This document shows, in pieces, positions 30,286-39,434 of a stretch of 64,000 bases of DNA (its first letter is position 1; each line of letters opens with the position of its first letter). The notes under the pieces are model-generated. The model worked only from the letters and a program-made list of their open reading frames with translations. It searched no databases and was not told the origin of the DNA. Both the position numbers and the translations under genes were made by a program. Source of the stretch: an uncultured Acidobacteriota bacterium (GTDB lineage: Bacteria; Acidobacteriota; Terriglobia; Bryobacterales; Bryobacteraceae); contig CAVRGO010000004.1 of assembly GCA_963720745.1 (NCBI GenBank), forward strand, positions 3,446,797 to 3,510,796. Direction: 5' to 3'.

Positions 30286-31483
30286 GTGTAGTGTCCCCGA
30301 ATTAGCTGGTCTTTCGTTTACGGGTCTTTGGAGCCGTGCAACCGGGTTGGATCTGTTCAAGGGTTTGGCTGCAGCGCGCGAGTTTGCTGACTATGGATTC
30401 GATGGTGGCCGTCCAGACAAAGGGTCTGGGTTTCTCGTTCCAAGCGACGAGAAATTCGTTAATGGCGGCGATCAGGTCATCGACGCTCAAGAAGGAATCG
30501 CGGCGGATTCTTTTGCTGGTCAACTCGCCGAACCAACGTTCAATCAGGTTCAGCCAACTGGAACTGGTTGGGACAAAGTGCACCTTGAAGCGGGGATGTC
30601 GGTTGAGCCAGTCCTTCACCTCGGGCGTTCCATGGGTGCCGTAATTATCCATCACCAGGTGCAGCGGCGCCTTGCCGGAGAAGTCGCGGTTGATGCGGCG
30701 CAGGAACCTCAGAAACTCCTGGTGGCGGTGACGCTTATAGCAGTCGCCGATGACTTTACCGGCGAGAACATCGAGCGCCGCAAACAGAGTCGTCGTTCCG
30801 TGTCGCTTGTAGTCATGGGTCATGGTGCCGCAGCGCCCTTTTTTCAGCGGCAACCCGGGCTGGGTGCGTTGCAGAGCCTGAATTTGGCTCTTCTCGTCCA
30901 CGCAAAGCACAATCGCCTGATCAGGAGGATTCAGATAAAGACCGACGACATCCGTGAGTTTCTCGAGGAATCTGGGATCACGTGACAGCTTGAACGTTTC
31001 TGTTCGATGTGGCTTGAGGTTGTGGCTACGCCAGATCCTGCTCACGCTGGACTTGCCGATCCCCTGCGCCACCGCCATCGTCCGACAGCTCCAATGCGTG
31101 CTTCCTTTGGGTTTGGTTTGCAGAGTGGCATCAATGACGGCCTTGATTCGAGTTGCGTCGTAACTCGGCTTCCGGCCCCGGCCTGGAGCAATCTCCCAAA
31201 GCGCCTGGAGCCCACCGCCACGGAAGCGGTCACGCCAGAGACGAACCGTCTTACGGTTCACGCCGTTCTCAGCGGCGACCGCCATCTCCGTTTTGCCAGC
31301 GCCAAGTGCCAGGACAATGCGGCAACGTAGCGCTACCTGTTGTGGAGTTCCCAAGGCTCCCACCCAGCGTTGGAGTTCGCTGGACTGGTCCACTGAGAGG
31401 ACGAGGGGCTCGATGAGGCGGGGCATGACTGATTATGACCCATGGTTGATTTCTTGTCCAGCTATTTGTGGGACACTACACTA
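30284..31483 (-). mobile_element. IS630-family insertion sequence (about 1.2 kb) flanked by a TA duplication
   Basis: Terminal inverted repeats GTGTAGTGTCCC (left) and GGGACACTACAC (right), each with a flanking TA. It contains a DDE transposase gene. Confidence 0.85.
30302..31426 (-). CDS. IS630-family DDE transposase
   Basis: 374 aa with an HTH N-terminus and an IS630/Tc1-type DDE domain (…DEKS…, …MDNYGTH…). Confidence 0.9.
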   Translation of the reverse strand: MPRLIEPLVLSVDQSSELQRWVGALGTPQQVALRCRIVLALGAGKTEMAVAAENGVNRKTVRLWRDRFRGGGLQALWEIAPGRGRKPSYDATRIKAVIDATLQTKPKGSTHWSCRTMAVAQGIGKSSVSRIWRSHNLKPHRTETFKLSRDPRFLEKLTDVVGLYLNPPDQAIVLCVDEKSQIQALQRTQPGLPLKKGRCGTMTHDYKRHGTTTLFAALDVLAGKVIGDCYKRHRHQEFLRFLRRINRDFSGKAPLHLVMDNYGTHGTPEVKDWLNRHPRFKVHFVPTSSSWLNLIERWFGELTSKRIRRDSFLSVDDLIAAINEFLVAWNEKPRPFVWTATIESIVSKLARCSQTLEQIQPGCTAPKTRKRKTS

Positions 31484-32560
31484 GTGATTCGAGACAGGCG
31501 GTTCGAGAAGATACTCGGACCGGGTAAGTACTGGTTTGTGAACCTTGGCGCCAGAATGCAATTCGAGCGGCACAACGTTCGTGAGTTGATCTTCGCGAGT
31601 GAATGGGCGGACTTCATAGTGAAGGAGCGTCGCGATGTCGCGACCCGGTACGTCACTATCGTGGAGACCGCGGATTCTGAGGTGGCCATCATTTATCTAG
31701 ACGGGAAGTTGTCGCGGGTGATCGGCCCCGGAAGGCGCGTGCTGTTTTGGATCGGCCCGGTGGCGGTGACGTTCGACAGAATCGACGTTCGGGAAACACC
31801 GGAAGTACCGGCCAGGCTGGTGGAACCGCTGGCGCGGATGGGGCGGGAGTCCCTGATGATAAGCGCGTTGATCGATGAGGGTAAGCGCGGCTTGCTGTAC
31901 ATCAATGGGCGCCTGGTCCGCGAACTTGGCCCTGGGACGTACGGGTTCTGGAGCGCTGTAGTGACGCCGAGGATCGAACTGTTCGAGACGAGGCTGCAAA
32001 CACTCGACGTTCCAGGCCAGGAAATCCTGACCAAGGACAAGGTGACGCTGCGCGTCAACATCTCGGTGACTTACGAGGTGACAAATCCCGTGGTTGCCCG
32101 TGCGAGTGTAAAGGACGTCAACGAGCACCTGTACCGCACGCTTCAGATTGCTGTCCGGCAGACGTTGGGCAAGCGAACGCTGGAGGAGGTGCTGGCCGAG
32201 AAGGTGGACATTGGTGAAACGGTTGCCGCCGAGGTGCGCCGTGAGATGGAGGCGCGGGGCGTGCTGGTTAGCGCCATCGCGTTGAAGGACATCATCCTTC
32301 CCGGCGACATCCGCGACATTCTGAACACCGTAGTGACGGCGGAAAAGCAGGCGCAGGCCAACTTGATTCGCCGTCGCGAGGAGATCGCGGCAACGCGTTC
32401 GCTGCTCAATACAGCCAAACTGCTGGAGGAGAATCCTCTGCTGGTGCGGTTGAAGGAGTTGGAGACGTTAGAGAAGGTGGCGGAGAAGGTCGACAAGATC
32501 ACAGTGGTTGGGGGGTTCGAGAAGCTTCTCAATGGCACGGTGATGTTGCGGCCAGAGTGA
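31442..32560 (+). CDS. SPFH/Band-7 (stomatin/prohibitin-like) domain protein; its 5' end is displaced by the IS630 element
   Basis: The C-terminal half is an SPFH domain (TKDKVTLRVNISVTYEV…) with a coiled-coil tail. The first 14 codons of this ORF lie inside the IS630 right inverted repeat. Confidence 0.8.
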   Translation: MVDFLSSYLWDTTLVIRDRRFEKILGPGKYWFVNLGARMQFERHNVRELIFASEWADFIVKERRDVATRYVTIVETADSEVAIIYLDGKLSRVIGPGRRVLFWIGPVAVTFDRIDVRETPEVPARLVEPLARMGRESLMISALIDEGKRGLLYINGRLVRELGPGTYGFWSAVVTPRIELFETRLQTLDVPGQEILTKDKVTLRVNISVTYEVTNPVVARASVKDVNEHLYRTLQIAVRQTLGKRTLEEVLAEKVDIGETVAAEVRREMEARGVLVSAIALKDIILPGDIRDILNTVVTAEKQAQANLIRRREEIAATRSLLNTAKLLEENPLLVRLKELETLEKVAEKVDKITVVGGFEKLLNGTVMLRPE

Positions 32561-32569
32561 GTCCCGAAG

Positions 32570-32610
32570 GGCGGGCCGGACACGTATGGTCCGCCCGGAC
32601 TCGTTTTGTT
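32570..32610 (+). terminator. putative intrinsic terminator after the SPFH gene
   Basis: A GC hairpin (GGCCGGAC…GTCCGCC) followed by TCGTTTTGTT. Confidence 0.4.
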
Positions 32611-32666
32611 CGGTGATTTCAATTTTGTACAAGACACATCGAGTTCAAGTTTGCGAGGCTGGGAGC

Positions 32667-33104
32667 ATGGTCAGCGCGAATGCGACTCACACAAATGTAA
32701 TTCCGGGAATGGCCTACCGCGATGCGCCGAAGGCGATCGAGTGGCTGTGCAACGTCTTCGGATTCGAAAGTCACGCGGTGTATCCCGGAGCTGAGGAGAA
32801 CTCGATCATGCATGCCGAACTGAGGCTCGGCGGCGGAATGATCATGCTGGGCTCGGTGAAGGACAACGATTACGCACGTTATCGAAAACAGCCGGACGAG
32901 ATCGGCGGGGCTGAGACACGCAGCTCATACCTTGTGGTTGCCGATGCGGATTCCGTTTATTCGCGAGCGAAGGCCGCGGGGGCGGAGGTGCTGTTCGATA
33001 TCGAAGACAAGCCTTACGGGGGCCGAGGGTTCACGTGCCGCGACCCGGAGGGGCACATCTGGGATGTCGGGACCTACGACCCTTGGGCGGCCGCCGCGAA
33101 GTAA
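32667..33104 (+). CDS. VOC/glyoxalase-bleomycin-resistance family protein (PhnB-like)
   Basis: Glyoxalase-fold motifs. I chose the internal ATG with a GGGAG RBS; the ORF track extends to 32586. Confidence 0.75.
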   Translation: MVSANATHTNVIPGMAYRDAPKAIEWLCNVFGFESHAVYPGAEENSIMHAELRLGGGMIMLGSVKDNDYARYRKQPDEIGGAETRSSYLVVADADSVYSRAKAAGAEVLFDIEDKPYGGRGFTCRDPEGHIWDVGTYDPWAAAAK

Positions 33105-33131
33105 CAAGGAATGAACACTGCTCGCAGCGAA

Positions 33132-35500
33132 CTATTCGGTTCGTAGCGCCTTGGCCGGATCGGTGCGGACCGCGACGATGACGGGAGGAATCGCCGCCAG
33201 CAAAGCCGTACATGCCAGGATCGTGACGGGTGTCGCCAAGATTGGCGAGTCCGTGGCCTTGACGGAATACAGCAAACTCTCCAAAAACGTTTGCGAGAAC
33301 AGCCCGACCGCGAGTCCGACCGCGGAACCGGCCGCCAGCATCACCGTAACCTGAAAACCGACCGTTGCGGCGATGTTCCAGGCCCGTGCACCCAGTGCCA
33401 TGCGAATGCCGATCTCCTTTCTTCGCCGGAGCACCGAGTAGTTGAGCACTCCATAGAGTCCGATACCGGCGAGAAGCAGGGCCAGCACCGCGAAGAAGGT
33501 GGCTAACGAGGCGAGGAGACGCTCACGGACTGTCCAGGCGTCGACGAGTTCGCGCTGCGTGAACGCATTCGTTACACGAAAGCCATGACCGAAACGTCCG
33601 ACCTCTTGCCGGAACAAAGGAATCAGCGAGAGCGGATCTGAAGCCGAGGTGCAAACGGCAAATGTGCTCCAGGATTCGGCGTCGCGCTGCGGCAGAAATA
33701 CGACAGGCTGTACCGGCTCTCGCATCTCGTGATAGCGCAGGTCTTTGATATAGCCGACGATCTGGTGGCGGACCACCCGGTTGCGTTCCGTCTCCCGTTC
33801 AAAATAGCCCCCAACGGGATTCGCACCGTTGAAGTAGCGGCGCGCGAAAGCCTCGCTGACGATGGCGGGGTTCAGATCGCTCGCGGCACTTTCTTGCGCT
33901 GTGAAGTCGCGTCCCGCCAATAACTGAATCCGCATGGTGTTCAGAAAACCCGGTGAGACGGCGAGAAAATAGGTTTCCTTCGAGAGTGGAGCCTGGCCGG
34001 GAATCCGAACACCGCCGCCCCAGATGTTCCCGCTCATCAGCGCCCAACCGCACGTAGCCACCGAATCGACACCGCGCATCGACCGTATCGAACTGGCGAT
34101 TTGCCCCCAATATTCAGCCGGTTGCTTCTTATCGCCATCGACCCTAGTTTCGAGAAGCACGACCTGGTGGGGTACGAAACCGAGCGGCTGGTGGGAGAGA
34201 CGGTCGAAGGTCACAACGAAAAGACCGGCGACGAAATGAACCAAAAAACAGAACGCGACTTGGGCCGCGACCAGAGTATGAATCAGGCGGCCTTTCGAAT
34301 GCGGGTCTTCCCCGCCCCGCAGCACCTGCATGGGTTTGACGGCGGATGCCCGCAACGCCGGGGTTATGCCGAACAGCAGCGTAGCTGTGAGCGCGGCAGC
34401 GAATCCGAGAACGCGCCAATCGGCAGGCAAGATCAATTGAAGCGGAGCCTCGGCGGTTGTCGAATGTGCGACCACCCAGGGGGCTGCCCACCACGCGAAC
34501 AGTCCGCCGCCCAGCGTCGCGAGGACAGCGAGAATCGCGCTCTCGACCAGGACGAGTTGGAAAAGACGCAAGCGTCCGGCCCCGATCGACACGCGCAATG
34601 CCATTTCTCTGGCGCGCGATGCCGCTTGGGCCATCATCAGATTCGCTACGTTCGCGCACGCGATCAACAGGATGAGTCCCACCAGCGCCGCAAGGACCAC
34701 CAAGGCGCGCGCGAGGTCATTGCGCACGTGCGACGCGCCGGAGCGGGCGCTGTGCACAACGAGTTCGGTCTTCAGGTATTGGTCGATGAGATCGCGCGGC
34801 GTGCTGGAACTCCAGAGTTTGAGGCGCTCGCGTTTCCAACCGGCGAAAACGGCCTGCAACCGTTGCCGGACCTGCTCGACGGTCGCCCCGCGGTGCGGCC
34901 GCATCCAGATGCGGAACCAGGACCAATCGTCTCTCGGAACGGCTTCGGCATTCATCGTCATCGGGACGAAAATGCCAGTGAGGCTTCCAGGCTCGGTTCC
35001 AGTGAACCCTTCGGGCGCGACCCCGACGATCTGGTAATGTTGTGTCCCGCTCAAAAATGTCCGCCCTACGATTTTCGGGTCGCGGCCGAACCGGCTATTC
35101 CAGTAGTCGTAAGAAAGCACGACGACCGGATGGGCACCCGGCTTGTCGACATCGGCCGGGCTGAGGAGACGACCGGCCGCGGGCCTCAGTCCGAAGATCG
35201 CGAACGTGTCGCCTGACAGATATTGTCGAGGAACCGTTTCCGTTTCGTTGTAGTCGCCGTAACTGACGCCGATGCGAGAGGCATACCCGATAGCAAACAG
35301 GTCGGCTGCATCCTTGACGCTCTCCCGCATCCGCGAAAAGAGCGGATAGCTGAACGAATCGCTTTCCTGGTGAGCTCCGGCCTGATCGACGAAACTGTAC
35401 GTCAAATAGTGAAGACGGTCAGGTTCAGTTACGGGCAGCGGGCGCAGGAGAATCGCGTCAATCAGGCGAAACGCGCCGGTGCAGGATCCGATCGCGAGGG
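33132..35500 (-). pseudogene. C-terminal fragment of an IS-split MacB/FtsX-type 'ADOP' ABC permease
   Basis: Starting at …AIGSCTGAFRLIDAILLRPLPVTEPDRL it matches an ADOP permease from TM1 onward with duplicated FtsX modules. It has no start codon of its own; the ORF track's Pro/Arg-rich N-extension is read-through into the IS. Confidence 0.8.
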
Positions 35501-37372
35501 CTAGCCCTACCTTCGCATTCCTGAACGGCAAAAGGGCATTGTCGGTGGCTCCAGTGCTGTAAGAGATGGTCAGCGCGTGCTTTCGCCTCGAATATGTGCT
35601 ACATGAAAGATATGCATGTATTCGAACGGGATGTGAATGGCTGCCGCTATCGTATCGCGGCCCAGTCGGTGTGGGACCCGGCCCGTGGTCGCTCGGTTGC
35701 GCGCCAGATTGTGCTTGGCCCGGCAACAGCGGCGCCGGTCGCCGATCTCGCCGCCACGCGAACCGTGGGTACGCGTGCCGTTGGGGATGTCGGCGCTCTG
35801 ATTTGGGTCGCCGAGCAACTCGATCTGATAACCCACATCGACCGGGCATGCGGCAACCTGGGCGCCAAGGACGGCCCCTCTGTCGGCGAGTTGGCTGTGG
35901 CGGTCGCCATCCAGCGGGCGTGCTCGCCCGGACCCAAGCGGGACTTGGCGGAGTTTCTGGATGAGAGCGTGCCGCGCTTGTCGTGTCTGCCATCTTCGGC
36001 ATTCAGCGGACAGGCATACCATCGGGTGGCCCAGCAGGTCAGTGATGAGCAATTAGAGCAAGCGCAGGTAGCTATTGCGAAAGCGGCGGTGGCCCGGTTC
36101 GAGCTTTCAGCCGACGTGCTGGCGTTCGATACAACCAACTTCGACACCCACATCGCGACGGTAACACCCGGCAAGTTGGCGCGTCGCGGGCATGCTAAGA
36201 GCAAACGGCGTGATCTGCGCGTGGTTGGGCTTGGCGTGCTGGTCAGCGAGACGGGCCACGTGCCGTTGCTATACCGGACCTATTCGGGGAACAGTTCGGA
36301 TCAAACCGTGCTGGGTGACTGCCTGGATGGGTTGAGTGCGCTACACCAGTCGCTGGACGAGGGGGAGGGACGTCCACGAGCGCAGCGGACGCTGGTGCGG
36401 GATGGCGGAAGTTGGAGTCCTCAGTTGGAACTGGATCTGGACGTGGCCGGCTACTACAGCCTGATCTCGTTACCGCTGGGACATGCGGCTGCGGAACAGG
36501 CGCTGCAGATGGCGGCCAAGCGAGGTGCAATGAAGTGGCTGACTGGCAAACTGAGCGAAGTACGCGCGGCGCGCGTGCGAGCGAAGGTCGGCAAACTGGA
36601 CCGCACGCTGGTGGTGGTGGAGAGCCAGGAACTGCTGGCGGGTCAGAAACGTGGCATTGCGGTGGCGTTGCGCAAAGCGAAGGCGGAGTTAGGCAAACTG
36701 GATCGACTGGTGCAAGCGAAACGCATCTCGCGCAGCAGCCTGGAGCAACGGATAAAGAAGACGCTTGCCCGCGAACATTTGTCGAACTTCGTGGTGACGA
36801 AGGTCGGCGGAGGCGACACCAATCCGACCTTACGCTGGCATGTAGATGCGGCGTTGCGCCGCCAACTGGAGAAGACCCGGCTCGGACGGCGGGTGCTGTG
36901 CACGGATCAACACCTGTGGAGCACGGGCCGGATTGTGCACGGGTTCCGTGGTCAGTGGAACGTTGAAGAACTGTTCCGCCGGGCCAAGAAGGGAGGCGTG
37001 GTGCCCTGGGGACCGTCGCATCAGTGGGCGGACGGGTCGCTACGTCTGCATACCTTTGCCACTGTGCTTGGGCTGATGCTTGTGAGTCTGGCGAAGATCG
37101 CGCTTGGAACAGGCAACTCCGCCCTCGCGATGATGGGCGAGCTAGCCGAAGTCCGCGCGACCCTGGTGCGTACGACGACGCGCGGGCCGGGGCGTCGGGC
37201 GACCGTGATGCTTGCACCGGACCTGACAGCCCAACAGCGCCGGGCGGTGAAAATCTTCGACCTCGACCGCTGGATGCCAACACTTCTTTCATGTATGACT
37301 AGCCGACCTCTTCGTACATGATTGATGCCCAAAACCCGGATTTACTTAACTTTGATGCGAAGGTAGGGCTAG
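35501..37372 (+). mobile_element. IS4/IS1634-like insertion sequence (about 1.87 kb) with 18-bp terminal inverted repeats
   Basis: IRL CTAGCCCTACCTTCGCAT at 35501-35518 and IRR ATGCGAAGGTAGGGCTAG at 37355-37372 are perfect reverse complements that bracket the transposase gene. Confidence 0.8.
35594..37321 (+). CDS. IS4/IS1634-family DDE transposase (575 aa)
   Basis: DDE_Tnp_1-like architecture. The C-terminal region matches the IS4-type E/K motif region (HQWADGSLRLHTFATVLGLML…). Confidence 0.8.
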   Translation: MCYMKDMHVFERDVNGCRYRIAAQSVWDPARGRSVARQIVLGPATAAPVADLAATRTVGTRAVGDVGALIWVAEQLDLITHIDRACGNLGAKDGPSVGELAVAVAIQRACSPGPKRDLAEFLDESVPRLSCLPSSAFSGQAYHRVAQQVSDEQLEQAQVAIAKAAVARFELSADVLAFDTTNFDTHIATVTPGKLARRGHAKSKRRDLRVVGLGVLVSETGHVPLLYRTYSGNSSDQTVLGDCLDGLSALHQSLDEGEGRPRAQRTLVRDGGSWSPQLELDLDVAGYYSLISLPLGHAAAEQALQMAAKRGAMKWLTGKLSEVRAARVRAKVGKLDRTLVVVESQELLAGQKRGIAVALRKAKAELGKLDRLVQAKRISRSSLEQRIKKTLAREHLSNFVVTKVGGGDTNPTLRWHVDAALRRQLEKTRLGRRVLCTDQHLWSTGRIVHGFRGQWNVEELFRRAKKGGVVPWGPSHQWADGSLRLHTFATVLGLMLVSLAKIALGTGNSALAMMGELAEVRATLVRTTTRGPGRRATVMLAPDLTAQQRRAVKIFDLDRWMPTLLSCMTSRPLRT

Positions 37373-37645
37373 AGAGACGATCGCGGCACTCGAAACCATC
37401 CAACTCTTCCGCAGTTGCCGCGCGCCGATTTTCAAGTCGGAGATCAACGCTTCCAGCCAGCCGAGCGCCTTGGCATCGCGGCTCCGCTCGCGCATTCGCA
37501 ACACACCACCGAAGGCGCGGCGCGCTTCATCCTCCGTGCGTCCGGCGGCGACAGCCTCCGCAATGTGCAGCCGTGTTTCCTCATCCAGATCGCGGATCAG
37601 ACGATCGCTCCTGAAAGCGTTTCGAATCCGGGTGAACCAGGACAT
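37373..37645 (-). pseudogene. N-terminal fragment of the same IS-split ADOP permease
   Basis: MSWFTRIRNAFRSDRLIRDLDEETRLH…LKIGARQLRKS…AAIVS is the canonical ADOP N-terminus. Its ATG overlaps the PadR stop as TAATG. The reading frame runs into the IS inverted repeat, which supplies …LALPSHQS and a stop. Confidence 0.8.
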
Positions 37646-37974
37646 TACGCCATCCTCAATACTCGCCCCACCGCGGCGACTACTTCGTTCCAGCGCGACT
37701 CCTGCGCCGCGAGTTGCTTCTGGCCCGCGGCACTGAGCGAGTAAACGCGCGCCTTGCGGCCTGCCTCGGTGGTGCCCCAGGCGGCCTTGAGCCAACCCGC
37801 TTCCTCCATACGATGCAGCGCCGGATATAGCGATCCCTCTTCGACACGAAGGATTTCGCCGGATATCTGTTCGATGGCCGTCATGATCGCGTACCCGTGC
37901 AGAGGCGCCCGCCGGGCGAGTACTTTCAGAACGAGAAGTTCGAGAGAACCTTGGAGAGAATCCGGCTTTGCCAT
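37645..37974 (-). CDS. PadR-family transcriptional regulator
   Basis: Winged-helix PadR motifs (LELLVLKVL…GYAI…EGSLYPALHRMEEAGWL). It sits directly upstream of the permease and overlaps it. Confidence 0.9.
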   Translation of the reverse strand: MAKPDSLQGSLELLVLKVLARRAPLHGYAIMTAIEQISGEILRVEEGSLYPALHRMEEAGWLKAAWGTTEAGRKARVYSLSAAGQKQLAAQESRWNEVVAAVGRVLRMA

Positions 37975-38029
37975 ACTTAGATTGCTTACTAAGCTATCTT
38001 AAGCACGAGCCGATGTCAAGAGGCTTTGG

Positions 38030-39292
38030 CTACAATCGCGCCGTCCAGGAAATAAAGGCGCTGTGCGATAGAGACAAACCGTGCTGCAGGTATCTTCCCG
38101 GGAAGAACTTCGCGTATCCGGCAGCGGCATCGAAGTGCGAACCGAAGCTGTGGCGGGCGCGAAACAGCAGGCGTGAACCTAAGCTCGGCGAGGATGCGGC
38201 CGGATCGAACACCACCGGGGGACCACCGTCGAAGTACGCCCCATCCGCGAGATTCGCGAGCCAATAGCGATGAAACTCCGTAGCGAATCCCGATCCACCC
38301 CAGATCGTCCACTCCGCCCCGGCGCGAAGATCTCGCACGTTTCGCCAGGCGAACGGCTCGAAGAAGCCGCAGCCATTGAAACCGGCGGGATAGAGATCGC
38401 TGAACGTGCCGTTGCGGCGGTCTCGCGAGTTCCCGTCTCCGCTCGCATAGCTGTAACTGACCGTCAGCCGCGGGGCGCCTTCAACATCGTTGAACGGACG
38501 GCTCAACTCCCAATATCCTGCCCATGCCGAAACCCTGTTCTCCGTAACAATGCCTCGTTGGACGGCCATTTCGATAACCGAATCGAAACCCCAACCGGCC
38601 GGTATTGCCGCGCGTAGGCCCGGCGTCCACAGGTCGGCTCTTTCAATGGCGTTATTCGTCAAAGGCGTCCGAGTCCTCTTCCAGAAGATGTAGGGCTCCC
38701 AGACCATGTTCCGGATTGACCGGTGCCCGTAGGCGCCGGAGAGCCGCTCCGCACCGCTGACCGGGTCCCACTGCGTCGGCCGGATCTCGACTGGTGTTGC
38801 CGAAAAGACGTCCCATTCCCAGGCACCTGTTTGAAAAGTCGAACGAACGCCGTCGAACCGTTGTGAGCGATTGTCCCAGAGACCGTCCGCGCCTAGCAGG
38901 CGTTCGTCGCCGAACGACAGCGCCTGGCGGCCCATGCGCAAACTCGCCCGTTCCGTTCCGAGGTCGGCATATAGGTATTGAACGTCAAGATGGTTATCGA
39001 CGTATTCGCCGATCTTCTCGGCCGGACCCGCGACCGTACGCGCATCCTGCAGTTGCGCCGAGACGTGGAACCACGTGCGGGGCGCGGCATCGGCACGCAG
39101 CCGCACGCGGGTGTACGTGGCTGTATCCGAGATTGCGACGCCGGAGAAGACGAACGCTTCGGGCTCCGTTCGCGCGCGTACCTCGGCCCCGAGACGCAGC
39201 CAGGAAGCCGCGGCGATGGAGGAAGCCACATCGCTTTGCGCCAGGAGTGGTGGCAAGACGGAGATGGAAAGACCCCACAGCAGGCGGTTCAT
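38030..39292 (-). CDS. secreted outer-membrane beta-barrel-like protein (possibly alginate-export/porin family)
   Basis: Signal peptide and a 420-aa beta-rich sequence. The family call is tentative. Confidence 0.6.
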   Translation of the reverse strand: MNRLLWGLSISVLPPLLAQSDVASSIAAASWLRLGAEVRARTEPEAFVFSGVAISDTATYTRVRLRADAAPRTWFHVSAQLQDARTVAGPAEKIGEYVDNHLDVQYLYADLGTERASLRMGRQALSFGDERLLGADGLWDNRSQRFDGVRSTFQTGAWEWDVFSATPVEIRPTQWDPVSGAERLSGAYGHRSIRNMVWEPYIFWKRTRTPLTNNAIERADLWTPGLRAAIPAGWGFDSVIEMAVQRGIVTENRVSAWAGYWELSRPFNDVEGAPRLTVSYSYASGDGNSRDRRNGTFSDLYPAGFNGCGFFEPFAWRNVRDLRAGAEWTIWGGSGFATEFHRYWLANLADGAYFDGGPPVVFDPAASSPSLGSRLLFRARHSFGSHFDAAAGYAKFFPGRYLQHGLSLSHSAFISWTARL

Positions 39293-39434
39293 CTGTCGCT
39301 CTTATCGGCAGTACTTTCGGGTTCGAGAACGCCACGAAGGTACTCACGTTCAAGATTTGCTGGATGTTGGCCGATAAGGTGAATGAGTTTCGAAAGCGGC
39401 TTCCTGTTATGCCGCCGAGGATGCATGAGTCTCT

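Noticed and set aside
33132-36002. A 956-aa ORF with a long Pro/Arg-rich N-terminal extension (MPKMADTTSAARSHPETPPS…).
   Set aside because: The first 167 or so residues are translated from the IS element (terminal inverted repeat and the antisense of the transposase gene), not from permease sequence. Only the part downstream of 35500 is gene-derived.
35601-37294. A 10-bp inverted repeat, ACATGAAAGA / TCTTTCATGT, near the ends of the transposase gene.
   Set aside because: Both copies lie inside the transposase coding sequence. The true 18-bp inverted repeats lie further out at 35501-35518 and 37355-37372.
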